Below, piece after piece: positions 1-8,420 of a DNA stretch of 26,314 nucleotides; the first letter of the stretch is position 1; every line of letters begins with the position of its first letter. The notes under the pieces are model-generated. The model ran no database searches and was not told the origin of the DNA. It saw nothing but the letters and a program-made list of their open reading frames with translations. Source of the stretch: Spirochaetales bacterium. Its GTDB lineage: Bacteria > Spirochaetota > Spirochaetia > Sphaerochaetales > Sphaerochaetaceae. The DNA is taken from the NCBI GenBank assembly GCA_017614625.1, contig JAGABK010000068.1:1-26314 (forward strand), given 5' to 3'. A program made the translations under genes and the position numbers.

Positions 1-642
1 GAAGCTCATGTTGATGTCTTCTCCGAGCGGATTCTGGTAGGAGACGTTGTGGACGCCCTTGAGGGAGACTCCGTCGACACCGGTCATCTGCCAGACGTTC
101 TTGAGCTGGTCCTTTCCGACCGTGCTGTTATCATAGATGAAGACCTTGTTGAAGGTGACTCCGACCAGCGGGTTCTTGTCGGCATCGGCGATCTTGATGT
201 CGGAATCCGACGGATCGTAGCTGAGAAGGAAGCCCGTGTCGAGCATGGCGTTCTTGAGGAACGATGCATCCTGGATCATGACGAAGTCGGCGATGTAGGA
301 ATTGGCTTCCTGAGCGGCGATGAGCTTGGGCTGGTACTCGGAACCCTTCTTCGAGTTGTAGGCGGTCCTTCCGGCTGCCCATGTGTACTTCTTCTCGAAT
401 GCAGTAAGAGCCTTCTTGATGCCGGATGTGAGTGAATCGGCGTTGAATTTCATGTCGGGATTGGCCTCGAGCTCTGCCTTTGCGGCTGCCTCGAGTTCGG
501 CAAGCGACATTGTCTGGGCCTTCTCAATGGCCTGCTGGACTGCGGACTTCTGGACAGCCGCAGTTGCGGTCTCTTCTTCGCCGTTGGCGAAAGCCGAGAA
601 AGCGATCATTGCAATGAGCAAAACAGCAAACAGTTTCTTCAT
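1..642 (-). CDS. ABC transporter solute-binding protein (Fe3+/AfuA-like superfamily), 5' part only; runs off the left edge
   Basis: Not in the ORF track. Manual translation from ATG 642 (SD AAGGAG upstream) is open to position 1: MKKLFAVLLIAMIAFSAFANGEEE...MSLAELEAAAKAE...FEKKY...ADFVMIQD...LLSYDP...NKVFIYDN...KNVWQ. It has a signal peptide and the motif spacing of extracellular binding proteins. Confidence 0.8.
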   Translation of the reverse strand, partial: MKKLFAVLLIAMIAFSAFANGEEETATAAVQKSAVQQAIEKAQTMSLAELEAAAKAELEANPDMKFNADSLTSGIKKALTAFEKKYTWAAGRTAYNSKKGSEYQPKLIAAQEANSYIADFVMIQDASFLKNAMLDTGFLLSYDPSDSDIKIADADKNPLVGVTFNKVFIYDNSTVGKDQLKNVWQMTGVDGVSLKGVHNVSYQNPLGEDINMSF

Positions 643-716
643 TGTGTTTCTCCTTTTTATTTGCGGTACAAATAATGCAACAGTCTTACCCCGTCATGCG
701 ACGGAGTATCTTTTGT

Positions 717-746
717 ATCTTACATTAGGAGACTGCGGACATGCAA
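717..746 (-). promoter_or_regulatory. Putative sigma70 promoter for the SBP gene at 642
   Basis: Minus strand TTGCAT (746-741), 18-nt spacer, TAAGAT (722-717). Confidence 0.4.
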
Positions 747-874
747 GGAAAAACAAAGGGTCGGAAAGATTATTCTTGAGTACGAACGTAAAAATGTAGG
801 GATAATATCCCGAAATTCACACAAATCCGCATGTTGTATGGGTTTATTGAGAAAAACACGCCGTTTTTATGCTT

Positions 875-908
875 AAAAAATACAGGCTGCGGCAAAGCTG
901 CCGCAGCC
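875..908 (-). terminator. Intrinsic terminator after the minus-strand Wzi-like gene
   Basis: Perfect 10-bp stem GGCTGCGGCA/TGCCGCAGCC (885-894/899-908), 4-nt loop, followed on the minus strand by TGTATTTTTT. It lies just downstream of the stop at 933. Confidence 0.85.
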
Positions 909-932
909 CGTGATATGAATCGGATCGGGTTA

Positions 933-2510
933 TCAGAAGAGGTTCGCCCAGTCCACGTCGCAGACGGCGATGGATGCTCCGATGCTGGCCTTGAAGGCCT
1001 GGTTGTCGTGGGTGAAGTCCTTCGTGAATCCCAGGGAGGCGTCGAGCCTGAAGCCTTCCTGCAGGTAGTACGAGCAGCCTGCCTCGAGCATCAGGACCGT
1101 GGTGACGGGAGCCGTCAGGTCGTACGGGGTGTTCAGGTGCGCGTTCGAATAGGACGGCGAGTACTCCGTGTCGATCGTGTAGGAACCGCGTCTGAGAAGC
1201 TCTGCGCTGAAGTATGCCTTGAGCGGGTTGTCCGTGTACTCTGCGTAGAACCTGTGCAGCATCGAATCCGGACCGTACTTGAAGCCCAGGTAGAAGGCGT
1301 TCTCGTCGAAGCAGTATCCGGATCCGGCGAAGCTGATGAACTGGTACGGCGATGTGAACTTACCTACGTTGGAGCTCCTGTTGTACATGAACTTCGAGCA
1401 GTAGTACAACTCGTAGCCGATGTTCAGACCGGTCAGCGACTTGAAGGTGTCCTCCCTCAGGACGTAGTCCGTGTAGTCGAACTTGGAGGACTTGATCTCC
1501 TCGCCCTTGAAAAGGTTGATCTCGATTCCGGCCACGAATCCGATTGCAGGCGGTTTGCCGCTGAACGTGCCCGGCTCGGGAGTCTCGTGCGGAAGATCGT
1601 AGTCGTCCATGGTGAAGTTCGCGTACGCTCTCACCGGACCGAACTTGCCCTCTGCGGTGAAGCTCAGCATGACGTTGGAGAAATCGTCCTGATAGTTGTC
1701 ATGCCAGACGACCGTGGGCGAGAAGTCCAGAAGCGAGGGATCCTTGCCGTAGACGTTGTTGAGCTCGGCGAACGTGAACCTCAGGTTGTCCTTCTCCATC
1801 GAGAACTTGTGGGCGAACGTGGTCTTGGGACCCCATGTCTTGTGGTCGTCGGAAGGACCGAAGTAATTGTCGACATAGTCCTTGTCGATGTACTTTCCGT
1901 AGTTTAGGAAGTACTTGTAGGCGATGCCGGTCAGACTGTACCAGAACTTCCAGCCGTTGTTCATCGGGATGTCGAACGTGATGAACGCGCTGTCAAGGAA
2001 CGGCTGTGAATCTGAGATCGCCAGGTCGTATGTGGCCGGTCCCCACTTGATCTGCCTGCGTCCGAGGGAGGCGTAGAAGTTGCCGTCCGTCGACTGGTAG
2101 TCGATGTATCCCAGTCTCGGGAAGTTGAGCTCGATCATGAGTTTCAGGAACGGAATGTTGGAGAAATTGCCCTTGTTGCCGTTGATGAAATAAGCCAGGG
2201 TGTCCTGTCTGACGTCCATGATGAAGACAAGACCGAACTTGTCGCCCTGTGCCGTGAAGCCGATGTCCAGTGCGCTGGGCTGCTTGAAGGCCTCGAGCCA
2301 GTAGTCCTGCTTGGTCATGTACCAGTTGTCGAGCTGGGGTCCTACGGCCTGCTTCCAACCGATGTTGTTGTAGTAGCCTACCGTTTCAACATCCGCCGCA
2401 GGTGTGTTGTCGAACTTGAACTGCGGTTTGAAGTTGACAACACCCTTCACTCCTGCGAAAAGAGCACCTGCCAAGAGGACAAGGCAGAGTGTGAGAATTA
2501 CTTTCTTCAT
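933..2510 (-). CDS. Wzi-like (capsule assembly family) outer-membrane beta-barrel protein, paralog 1, 525 aa
   Basis: Start moved from 2543 to ATG 2510 (SD GGAGGG; signal peptide MKKVILTLCLVLLAGALFA). Wzi-type motifs: LGRRQIKWGP..DLAISDSQP, AHKFS, FSP..VWHD...N..LSF, YANFTMDD. Amphipathic beta-strands at the C-terminus. Confidence 0.72.
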   Translation of the reverse strand: MKKVILTLCLVLLAGALFAGVKGVVNFKPQFKFDNTPAADVETVGYYNNIGWKQAVGPQLDNWYMTKQDYWLEAFKQPSALDIGFTAQGDKFGLVFIMDVRQDTLAYFINGNKGNFSNIPFLKLMIELNFPRLGYIDYQSTDGNFYASLGRRQIKWGPATYDLAISDSQPFLDSAFITFDIPMNNGWKFWYSLTGIAYKYFLNYGKYIDKDYVDNYFGPSDDHKTWGPKTTFAHKFSMEKDNLRFTFAELNNVYGKDPSLLDFSPTVVWHDNYQDDFSNVMLSFTAEGKFGPVRAYANFTMDDYDLPHETPEPGTFSGKPPAIGFVAGIEINLFKGEEIKSSKFDYTDYVLREDTFKSLTGLNIGYELYYCSKFMYNRSSNVGKFTSPYQFISFAGSGYCFDENAFYLGFKYGPDSMLHRFYAEYTDNPLKAYFSAELLRRGSYTIDTEYSPSYSNAHLNTPYDLTAPVTTVLMLEAGCSYYLQEGFRLDASLGFTKDFTHDNQAFKASIGASIAVCDVDWANLF

Positions 2511-2598
2511 TTCTTCCCTCCTGCAAAAGCATATAGCATGCATTTGTAAAACAATTCTATCGGTATGGTGGTTACAGAACCCCCTCCTCCGTCCTTTT

Positions 2599-4356
2599 TC
2601 AGACCGACACCGAGAAGCCCAGCGTCAGCTGGATGTCCGCCTCGTGGTCGGAATACTCCCTGGTGGCCTTGGTGTAGCCCCACCTGTTGACCCAGTCCAG
2701 TTCACCTTCGAACGAGACCCCGGGCCAGCTGAACAGCCTGTCCAGGTCCGCTTCGAACTCCAGTCCGCACACGAGGCTCCGGCAGATGACGTCTCCGGAC
2801 GGGGTCTTTCCCGCGTAATTCGCATCGTCCTCGTTGTTTCCGCTCGTGCTGTGGCTCATGAAGATGTTCATGACGCCGTGGTCGGCGAACCTTCCGAACA
2901 GGCTGACCTTCCAGTGCTCCAGCGACGTGTACGTGCTTCTGACCTCAAGCAGTCTGCAGTCCCCTCCGTACGGGAAGCCTATGTAGTCGAAGAACGGCAC
3001 GTGGCCGCCTACGAAGGTCCCGTTGGAGAATGACCAGTACCTGTAGCACCTGACGAAATCCACTATGTCCCTCCTGTACAGGAGCGGCGTGGTCTGCGCG
3101 AACTCGGCGTAGGATGAAAGGACCCCGTTGCCAAGGGCATTGGTATACCTGATTCCGGCCACGAAACCTGAGGAGTCGCTCTGGCTGGTGCCCTCGTGCG
3201 GAGCCCTTGCCTGGTCCAGCGCGTACTGGCCGTACACCTCGAGACCGGGCATGACCGCCCAGTTGATGTCGACATAGGCCAGGGCGTTGAACATTCCGCG
3301 GTTGTTCAGGTTGTGGAAGATGAACGCCGGGTTGAGATACTGCAGGTCGAAGGTGTCGTACCTGTACATGACGTTCTCGCTCACGGTCAGCGAGACCTTG
3401 TCCAGTATCCTGAAATTCAGGGTGTGGATCATGAAGATCCTTCCCTCATCCTGCTCCGTGTGCTCGTTGTCCGAGACTATCGTGTTCAGGAAGAGAAGCA
3501 CCCAGTCGTACTTGAAATATTCGCCGAACAGTGTCAGGCGTGCATAATCGCTGAAATGGTGGCCGTCCACCAGCATGTTCCCGACGCTTGCGTTGCCCAG
3601 GCTCAGAACGTCCCTGTTGATCGAGAAGTTCCAGTTGTCGCCGCCCAGGGACAGCACGGCCCGTCTGGGCCAGATGAACGAGAAGTGCTCGGTGTTGAAA
3701 TAGACGTTGGTGAAGAATGCCCGGGTGAACTGGTTGGACTGCTTCACGTGCGCGGCGTTGCTGTCCGGCTCTATCGCATACGAGGCCACATAGTGGTCGT
3801 TGGAATCCAGGTTGCCGTAATAGTACTCGAAGACATCGTCCTGGTCCGCCCTCTTGTAGCGGTAATGGAGGTCGCTTGCGGTGTAGAAGTTCTCTCCGCT
3901 GGTGAACTCGAAGTTGAACTTCATGAGGCTCTTGCGCTCATTGTAGCTGCGCTCCCAGTCGTCCCCCGTGGTGAAATCGTCCTGGTTCGAATGGGCGTAC
4001 ATCTCCAAGGCGAAGTCAACTCCCAGCGTGAGCTGGAAGTCATCGCCGAACTGCCACCTGAGGCCCTCGCCGAGAATCGAGAGGATCTCGTCGTACAGCC
4101 CGGAGGCTGCCGCGCCCAGAGCGTCGGGATCGATCCTGTCGAGGATCCTTCTGGCCTCCGCGTCGGACCACGGACGGTTGGTGGACGGTCTTGCAAGTCC
4201 GCACAGGGCGTAGAGGGCGTCCATGTCTTCGTACAAGGGGGAATCCAGCGGATATATTATCGCTTTCACGGGTTCTGATTCGGAGGCTGACACGGTTGCC
4301 AGGCAGAATGCGAGCATCACGGCTGTCAGCAGGGTTGCAACGGCTTTCCTTTTCAT
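2599..4356 (-). CDS. Wzi-like outer-membrane beta-barrel protein, paralog 2, 585 aa (alternative start 4374)
   Basis: Signal peptide MKRKAVATLLTAVMLAFCLATVSA. N-terminal helical motif YEDMDALY..CGLARPSTNRPWS, then NRDVLSLGNASVGNMLVD, HTLNFR, LNPAFIFHN, EVYGQYALDQ, and terminal DIQLTLGFSVSV. ATG 4374 would overlap the CotH stop as ATGA. Confidence 0.75.
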   Translation of the reverse strand: MKRKAVATLLTAVMLAFCLATVSASESEPVKAIIYPLDSPLYEDMDALYALCGLARPSTNRPWSDAEARRILDRIDPDALGAAASGLYDEILSILGEGLRWQFGDDFQLTLGVDFALEMYAHSNQDDFTTGDDWERSYNERKSLMKFNFEFTSGENFYTASDLHYRYKRADQDDVFEYYYGNLDSNDHYVASYAIEPDSNAAHVKQSNQFTRAFFTNVYFNTEHFSFIWPRRAVLSLGGDNWNFSINRDVLSLGNASVGNMLVDGHHFSDYARLTLFGEYFKYDWVLLFLNTIVSDNEHTEQDEGRIFMIHTLNFRILDKVSLTVSENVMYRYDTFDLQYLNPAFIFHNLNNRGMFNALAYVDINWAVMPGLEVYGQYALDQARAPHEGTSQSDSSGFVAGIRYTNALGNGVLSSYAEFAQTTPLLYRRDIVDFVRCYRYWSFSNGTFVGGHVPFFDYIGFPYGGDCRLLEVRSTYTSLEHWKVSLFGRFADHGVMNIFMSHSTSGNNEDDANYAGKTPSGDVICRSLVCGLEFEADLDRLFSWPGVSFEGELDWVNRWGYTKATREYSDHEADIQLTLGFSVSV

Positions 4357-4370
4357 GGGCGCAGTATACC

Positions 4371-5852
4371 TCATAATGATTCTATGTACGAGTCCATCCA
4401 TTCCATCTTGGACCCGAGCCACTGGAGGACACGGCTTTCCGTGGCCCCGTCCTGTCTGTTCCACCGCCTGTCGTTCATCTCCCTTGCGGCGTCGATATCA
4501 TGGAACTTGTCTGCCAGAATGTCGAATGCGTCTTCAAGTCCGGCCTTCTTGCTGTTCCACCTGTCCTTCAGGGCGGCCACGAACGCGGGATCCCTGACCA
4601 GCTCCCGGAACCAGTAGTTCCTCTCCCTTCCCGTAACGACCTCGTTTCCGAGGAACAGGATCGTCTTGTCGAAATCCCAGTTGGGCCCCATGTGGATTTT
4701 CCCGTCGGCGGGATTGTAGTAGAAATAGGTCGATGTGAGGAATCCTGCTTCGAAATTTCCCATGAATTCATTCACCAGATACCAGTCGATGAAGGACGGG
4801 ACGTCCAGGTAATCCCTGTAATCCGCACCCGAATCACCGAACAGGGCGGCCTCGAACCGGTTGACCACCTGCGTCGCATGTTCGGCTATGGCCTTGCGCG
4901 TCCAGTCGCCCTCGACCTCGTCCAGGTCCGGGTCCTTGAAGCTCAGATGGGCTCCGTACATCGTGGCCGTTGTGTTGCCCCTTCCGTTGAACGAGACCTC
5001 CATGATGAAGCCGCCGTCGTACAGGTCGACCTTCCCGTCTCCGTTGTTGTCGTTTTCCGGATCCTTCGTAAGCTCTGCGATGTCGGGGATGTCGACGCGG
5101 TTGCCTTCTATCTTTATCGATTCGGCAATTACGTAGCAGCCCGCATAGTCCCCGTTGACCACGAGGTTCACGAACTCGTACTTCGGCTCCCATTCGGCTC
5201 CGGAGTTGAAGATCGTCCTTCCGATGTACGAGGCGAACCAGTTGCCCATCATGGAGCTGTCCGTGTCGTTTGAGATTACGGACCACTTCTTGCTCTTCTT
5301 CATGCCCAGGACCTTGCTCTTCGAAGGCAGCTTGAAGTTCATGCCCTTCTTCTCATGGTCGAACCAGGAGCTGTTTCCCCTGCCCTTGACGGTGCATTCG
5401 GAATTCAGGTCCTCCGTGCCGTCGGCCTTGAGGATCCTTATGTCGGCATCGACATATTCGTTTCTCGATGCAATCTTATCTCCCGACTTTGTGTTCACGT
5501 AAACGGTGGGCAGGCCGGTGTATGCAAGGACGTATTCCTTTGTGAAGAGAATCTCGTCCGAAGACCCCGTGACAACGCAAGTATAGCTCCGCACGGCAGG
5601 CTCGGCGAACGCCTCGGCCGCATAGGTCTGTCCGTCATGGACCTGCACCTCTTCCAGATACCAGCGGTAGTGGGCTGCGGAACCGACTGCAGGACAGGTC
5701 AGTTCGACCGAACCGCCGTCCACGCTGAGGACGAAACCGGAAAGGTCCTTCTCCTCCTCCCAGACCACCTTCAGGTGGAAGAGGTCGCAGGAGCAGATGA
5801 GAAACAGAATCAGCATTGAAACAACCGTCAGAACAGATCTTCTTCCCGTCAT
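4371..5852 (-). CDS. CotH kinase-family lipoprotein with N-terminal Ig-like domain, copy A, 493 aa
   Basis: ATG 5852 has SD GAGGT and is preferred over TTG 5864. Lipobox ILFLICS-C. CotH motifs TGLPTVYVNT, VKGRGNSSW, KKGMNFKL, LGMKKSKKWSVISN.TD, FVNLVVNGDYAGCY..AESIK, MGPNWDFD. Confidence 0.88.
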   Translation of the reverse strand: MTGRRSVLTVVSMLILFLICSCDLFHLKVVWEEEKDLSGFVLSVDGGSVELTCPAVGSAAHYRWYLEEVQVHDGQTYAAEAFAEPAVRSYTCVVTGSSDEILFTKEYVLAYTGLPTVYVNTKSGDKIASRNEYVDADIRILKADGTEDLNSECTVKGRGNSSWFDHEKKGMNFKLPSKSKVLGMKKSKKWSVISNDTDSSMMGNWFASYIGRTIFNSGAEWEPKYEFVNLVVNGDYAGCYVIAESIKIEGNRVDIPDIAELTKDPENDNNGDGKVDLYDGGFIMEVSFNGRGNTTATMYGAHLSFKDPDLDEVEGDWTRKAIAEHATQVVNRFEAALFGDSGADYRDYLDVPSFIDWYLVNEFMGNFEAGFLTSTYFYYNPADGKIHMGPNWDFDKTILFLGNEVVTGRERNYWFRELVRDPAFVAALKDRWNSKKAGLEDAFDILADKFHDIDAAREMNDRRWNRQDGATESRVLQWLGSKMEWMDSYIESL

Positions 5853-5860
5853 GGCCCACC

Positions 5861-6457
5861 TCAAATCACATACTTGAGCGAAACGCCCAGGATTCCGGAG
5901 AAGAATATGCCGGGAAGGCCCTTGTCCTCGGCAACGACCGAATGGAGATAATGGGGTACCACCAGATAATCAGCCTGCAGGGCAAGGAATCCTGCGATTT
6001 CCACTTCCACTGCGGCCTTGAACATGAATGTCCTGAGCATTAGTTCGGAGGGATATTCCGAGACATACTTCAGCCGCTTCAACAGCAGTCCGCCGGAAGT
6101 CACAACGACCTTCCCGTCATCCTGCCTCTTGGAGAATTCGAGGTTGATTCCCGCTCCGGCCTTCAGGGCCACCGGACCGGCCACTTTGAACCTGAAGCAC
6201 AGATACGTGGTGGTCATCACCTTGTCCTGTATCCCGACGTCGAGTTCAAGTCCCACCAAATCCTTCCAGAAAAGGCCCGCCTCCAGCCCGTATACGAAGC
6301 TGTCCGCATCCTTGAGGTTTTCGGAATTGGTGAAATCATGGTCGAACGGCCTGTACTCCGCACGCGGTCCCACGGAGAAGGAAACCGACGCAACCGCGGA
6401 AGACAGAACCAGGAAGAGCAGCAGAACGACAACCGGGAATGCTTTCAAACGCTTCAT
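5861..6457 (-). CDS. Small (198 aa) signal-peptide protein, predicted outer-membrane beta-barrel
   Basis: Start reassigned to ATG 6457 (MKRLKAFPVVVLLLFLVLSSAVA). Alternating hydrophobic strands (FVYGLEAGLFW, VALKAGAGINLEF, LALQADYLV) and terminal GILGVSLKYVI. The stop abuts the CotH RBS. Confidence 0.7.
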   Translation of the reverse strand: MKRLKAFPVVVLLLFLVLSSAVASVSFSVGPRAEYRPFDHDFTNSENLKDADSFVYGLEAGLFWKDLVGLELDVGIQDKVMTTTYLCFRFKVAGPVALKAGAGINLEFSKRQDDGKVVVTSGGLLLKRLKYVSEYPSELMLRTFMFKAAVEVEIAGFLALQADYLVVPHYLHSVVAEDKGLPGIFFSGILGVSLKYVI

Positions 6458-6463
6458 GACGCA

Positions 6464-6469
6464 ATTATA
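6464..6469 (-). promoter_or_regulatory. -10 box of a probable leaderless promoter for the small-barrel/CotH operon
   Basis: Minus strand TATAAT, exactly 6 nt (TGCGTC) before ATG 6457; no SD. Confidence 0.55.
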
Positions 6470-6518
6470 AAGCATAACGGTCAGGAATTGAACCAAAAGG
6501 AATATTATCCCCTTTTTG

Positions 6519-6547
6519 ATGACATATGCAGGGTTCTCCTCTATAAT
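6519..6547 (+). promoter_or_regulatory. Sigma70 promoter for Wzi-like paralog 3 (divergent from the above)
   Basis: ATGACA (6519-6524), 17-nt spacer, TATAAT (6542-6547). Confidence 0.65.
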
Positions 6548-6582
6548 TAAGTGACAACAAGAACAAAATTGGAGATTCGTCT

Positions 6583-8367
6583 ATGAAAAAGCTGATTACC
6601 GTCCTGCTTCTGGCAGCACTTGTCCTGACTTCCGCTTTCGCCTATTCGAACCAGCAGAAGATCTATTCCGTGGACTCCGGCATCTACAAGGCCATGGAGA
6701 CACTGTACATCATGGCGGGAAAGGCCATGCCGTCCTCGTCCGGCCCCTGGAGCGAAGCGGAGCTCCAGCTGATGCTCGCAAGGATCGACAGGTCCTCCCT
6801 GTCCGAGGCTGCGCAGAAGTACTACGATTACATAAGCGCGGAAATCACATCCGAGCCAAAGCGCCAGTACGGCGACAACTTCGCCATGCAGTTCGGTTTC
6901 GAGATTGCGATCGAGGGCTATTTCCACACCGACAGCGACAATTTCACCCAGAACGAAGACTGGTTCCACAATTATGCGGACAGGCAGAAGTTCCTGAACT
7001 TCACGTTCGAGACCTGGCCCACGGACAACTTCTACGGCTATTTTGAGTTCTCTCTGGCCAACGGAATCATTCTCATGGACGGTAGCGGAAACAACGAACT
7101 CTACCAAAATACAATGTCAATCAACATTCCTGTAATGAATTCGCTTCTTTTCCTCGGAGAAGACCTTTTCAATGGTTTCGACTGGTCGTTCCCCAAACGG
7201 GCATTCGTTGCCGCAGGCGGAGAGCACTGGTCACTGATGGCCGGAAGGGACAAGCTTTCATGGGGCGGCGGCGAGACGGGTAACATGATGTTCTCGGATT
7301 CCTTCCCGCTGCACACGATGGTCAGGTTCAACACATTCTTCAACGCCTTCAAATACTCCATCGTCGGAACGGTCTATCCTTTCAGTGCCGCACCGCAGGG
7401 ACAGTTCACAAGCATGGACGGCTACAAGGCGCTTGTCGCCCACCGTCTGGAGTTCAATCTCTGCAAGGAGAAGGTCGGTCTCATCATAAACGAAGCCTGC
7501 ATGTTCTGGTCGAATCCGGCAATCGGACAGGATTTCTCCATTGCCCAGATAAACCCGTTCGGTTTCATGCACAACGAATATATAGCCAACAATGCGAATT
7601 CCCTTCTGGTTTTCGAGGCGAACTACACACCGCTTGCAGGCCTGAATATCTACGGCCAGTTGGCGGTTGATGAGTTCAGAGGCCCGGGTGAACCGAAGGA
7701 GAATCCGTCGGCATTCGGCTTCCTCGCAGGCGTGAAGGGCGCATTCGCAGCAGGAAGCGGAATCATGACAGGCTCGTTGGAATTCGCAAAAACCGATCCC
7801 TATCTTTTCCTCCGCGGTCTTCATTACTATGGAGGACCTTCATACGGCAACGAGAAGGTAGGCTACGGATACGATGCGATCTACAGAAGCTTCGTGATGG
7901 GCAACTCGGTTGTGTACTCAAGACAGTTCGTGACATACACATACGGGAACGACCTTATCCTCTTCGATGGCAGGGTGAACTATGAGAAGGCCGGTATCTT
8001 CAAGGTCGGATTCGAAGCCATGTACATGAAGCACGGCTCAATGGATGTCTCAAGCCCCTGGGGCAAGTACGACGGATCCCAGACGGACGAAACGCCCGAG
8101 GTCTCGACGCCTACGACATACAACGTGTTCGATTCCAATGATTACACAATCGGAACCGCCGCGAACAACTACGCAGACGGAGTTCTTATCCAGACACATG
8201 CCATTGAGCAGAGAATCGTCCTCTCGCTCACAGGCGAGTATTTCGTGGACGGATGCTTCAGCCTGAACCTCGCCGCCGACTACCTGATCATCAAAAACAA
8301 GGGCAATGTGGCGGACAACAATGCTTCGGACCTTCAGCTGACATTCGGACTGAAGTATTCTATCTGA
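6583..8367 (+). CDS. Wzi-like outer-membrane beta-barrel protein, paralog 3, 594 aa
   Basis: SD GGAG; signal peptide MKKLITVLLLAALVLTSAFA. Motifs IYKAMETLY..AGKAMPSSSGPWS, AGRDKLSWGGGETGNMMFSD, AHRLEF, INPFGFMHN, NIYGQLAVDE, terminal DLQLTFGLKYSI. Confidence 0.78.
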   Translation: MKKLITVLLLAALVLTSAFAYSNQQKIYSVDSGIYKAMETLYIMAGKAMPSSSGPWSEAELQLMLARIDRSSLSEAAQKYYDYISAEITSEPKRQYGDNFAMQFGFEIAIEGYFHTDSDNFTQNEDWFHNYADRQKFLNFTFETWPTDNFYGYFEFSLANGIILMDGSGNNELYQNTMSINIPVMNSLLFLGEDLFNGFDWSFPKRAFVAAGGEHWSLMAGRDKLSWGGGETGNMMFSDSFPLHTMVRFNTFFNAFKYSIVGTVYPFSAAPQGQFTSMDGYKALVAHRLEFNLCKEKVGLIINEACMFWSNPAIGQDFSIAQINPFGFMHNEYIANNANSLLVFEANYTPLAGLNIYGQLAVDEFRGPGEPKENPSAFGFLAGVKGAFAAGSGIMTGSLEFAKTDPYLFLRGLHYYGGPSYGNEKVGYGYDAIYRSFVMGNSVVYSRQFVTYTYGNDLILFDGRVNYEKAGIFKVGFEAMYMKHGSMDVSSPWGKYDGSQTDETPEVSTPTTYNVFDSNDYTIGTAANNYADGVLIQTHAIEQRIVLSLTGEYFVDGCFSLNLAADYLIIKNKGNVADNNASDLQLTFGLKYSI

Positions 8368-8387
8368 GATAGATCTAATGGAAACAG

Positions 8388-8414
8388 AACGGCACCGGGA
8401 AAACCGGTGCCGTT
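8388..8414. terminator. Bidirectional intrinsic terminator between Wzi-like paralog 3 and nagB
   Basis: 11-bp perfect stem AACGGCACCGG/CCGGTGCCGTT, loop GAAAA, with T-rich tails on both strands, between convergent stops at 8367 and 8421. Confidence 0.85.
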
Positions 8415-8420
8415 TTCTTA

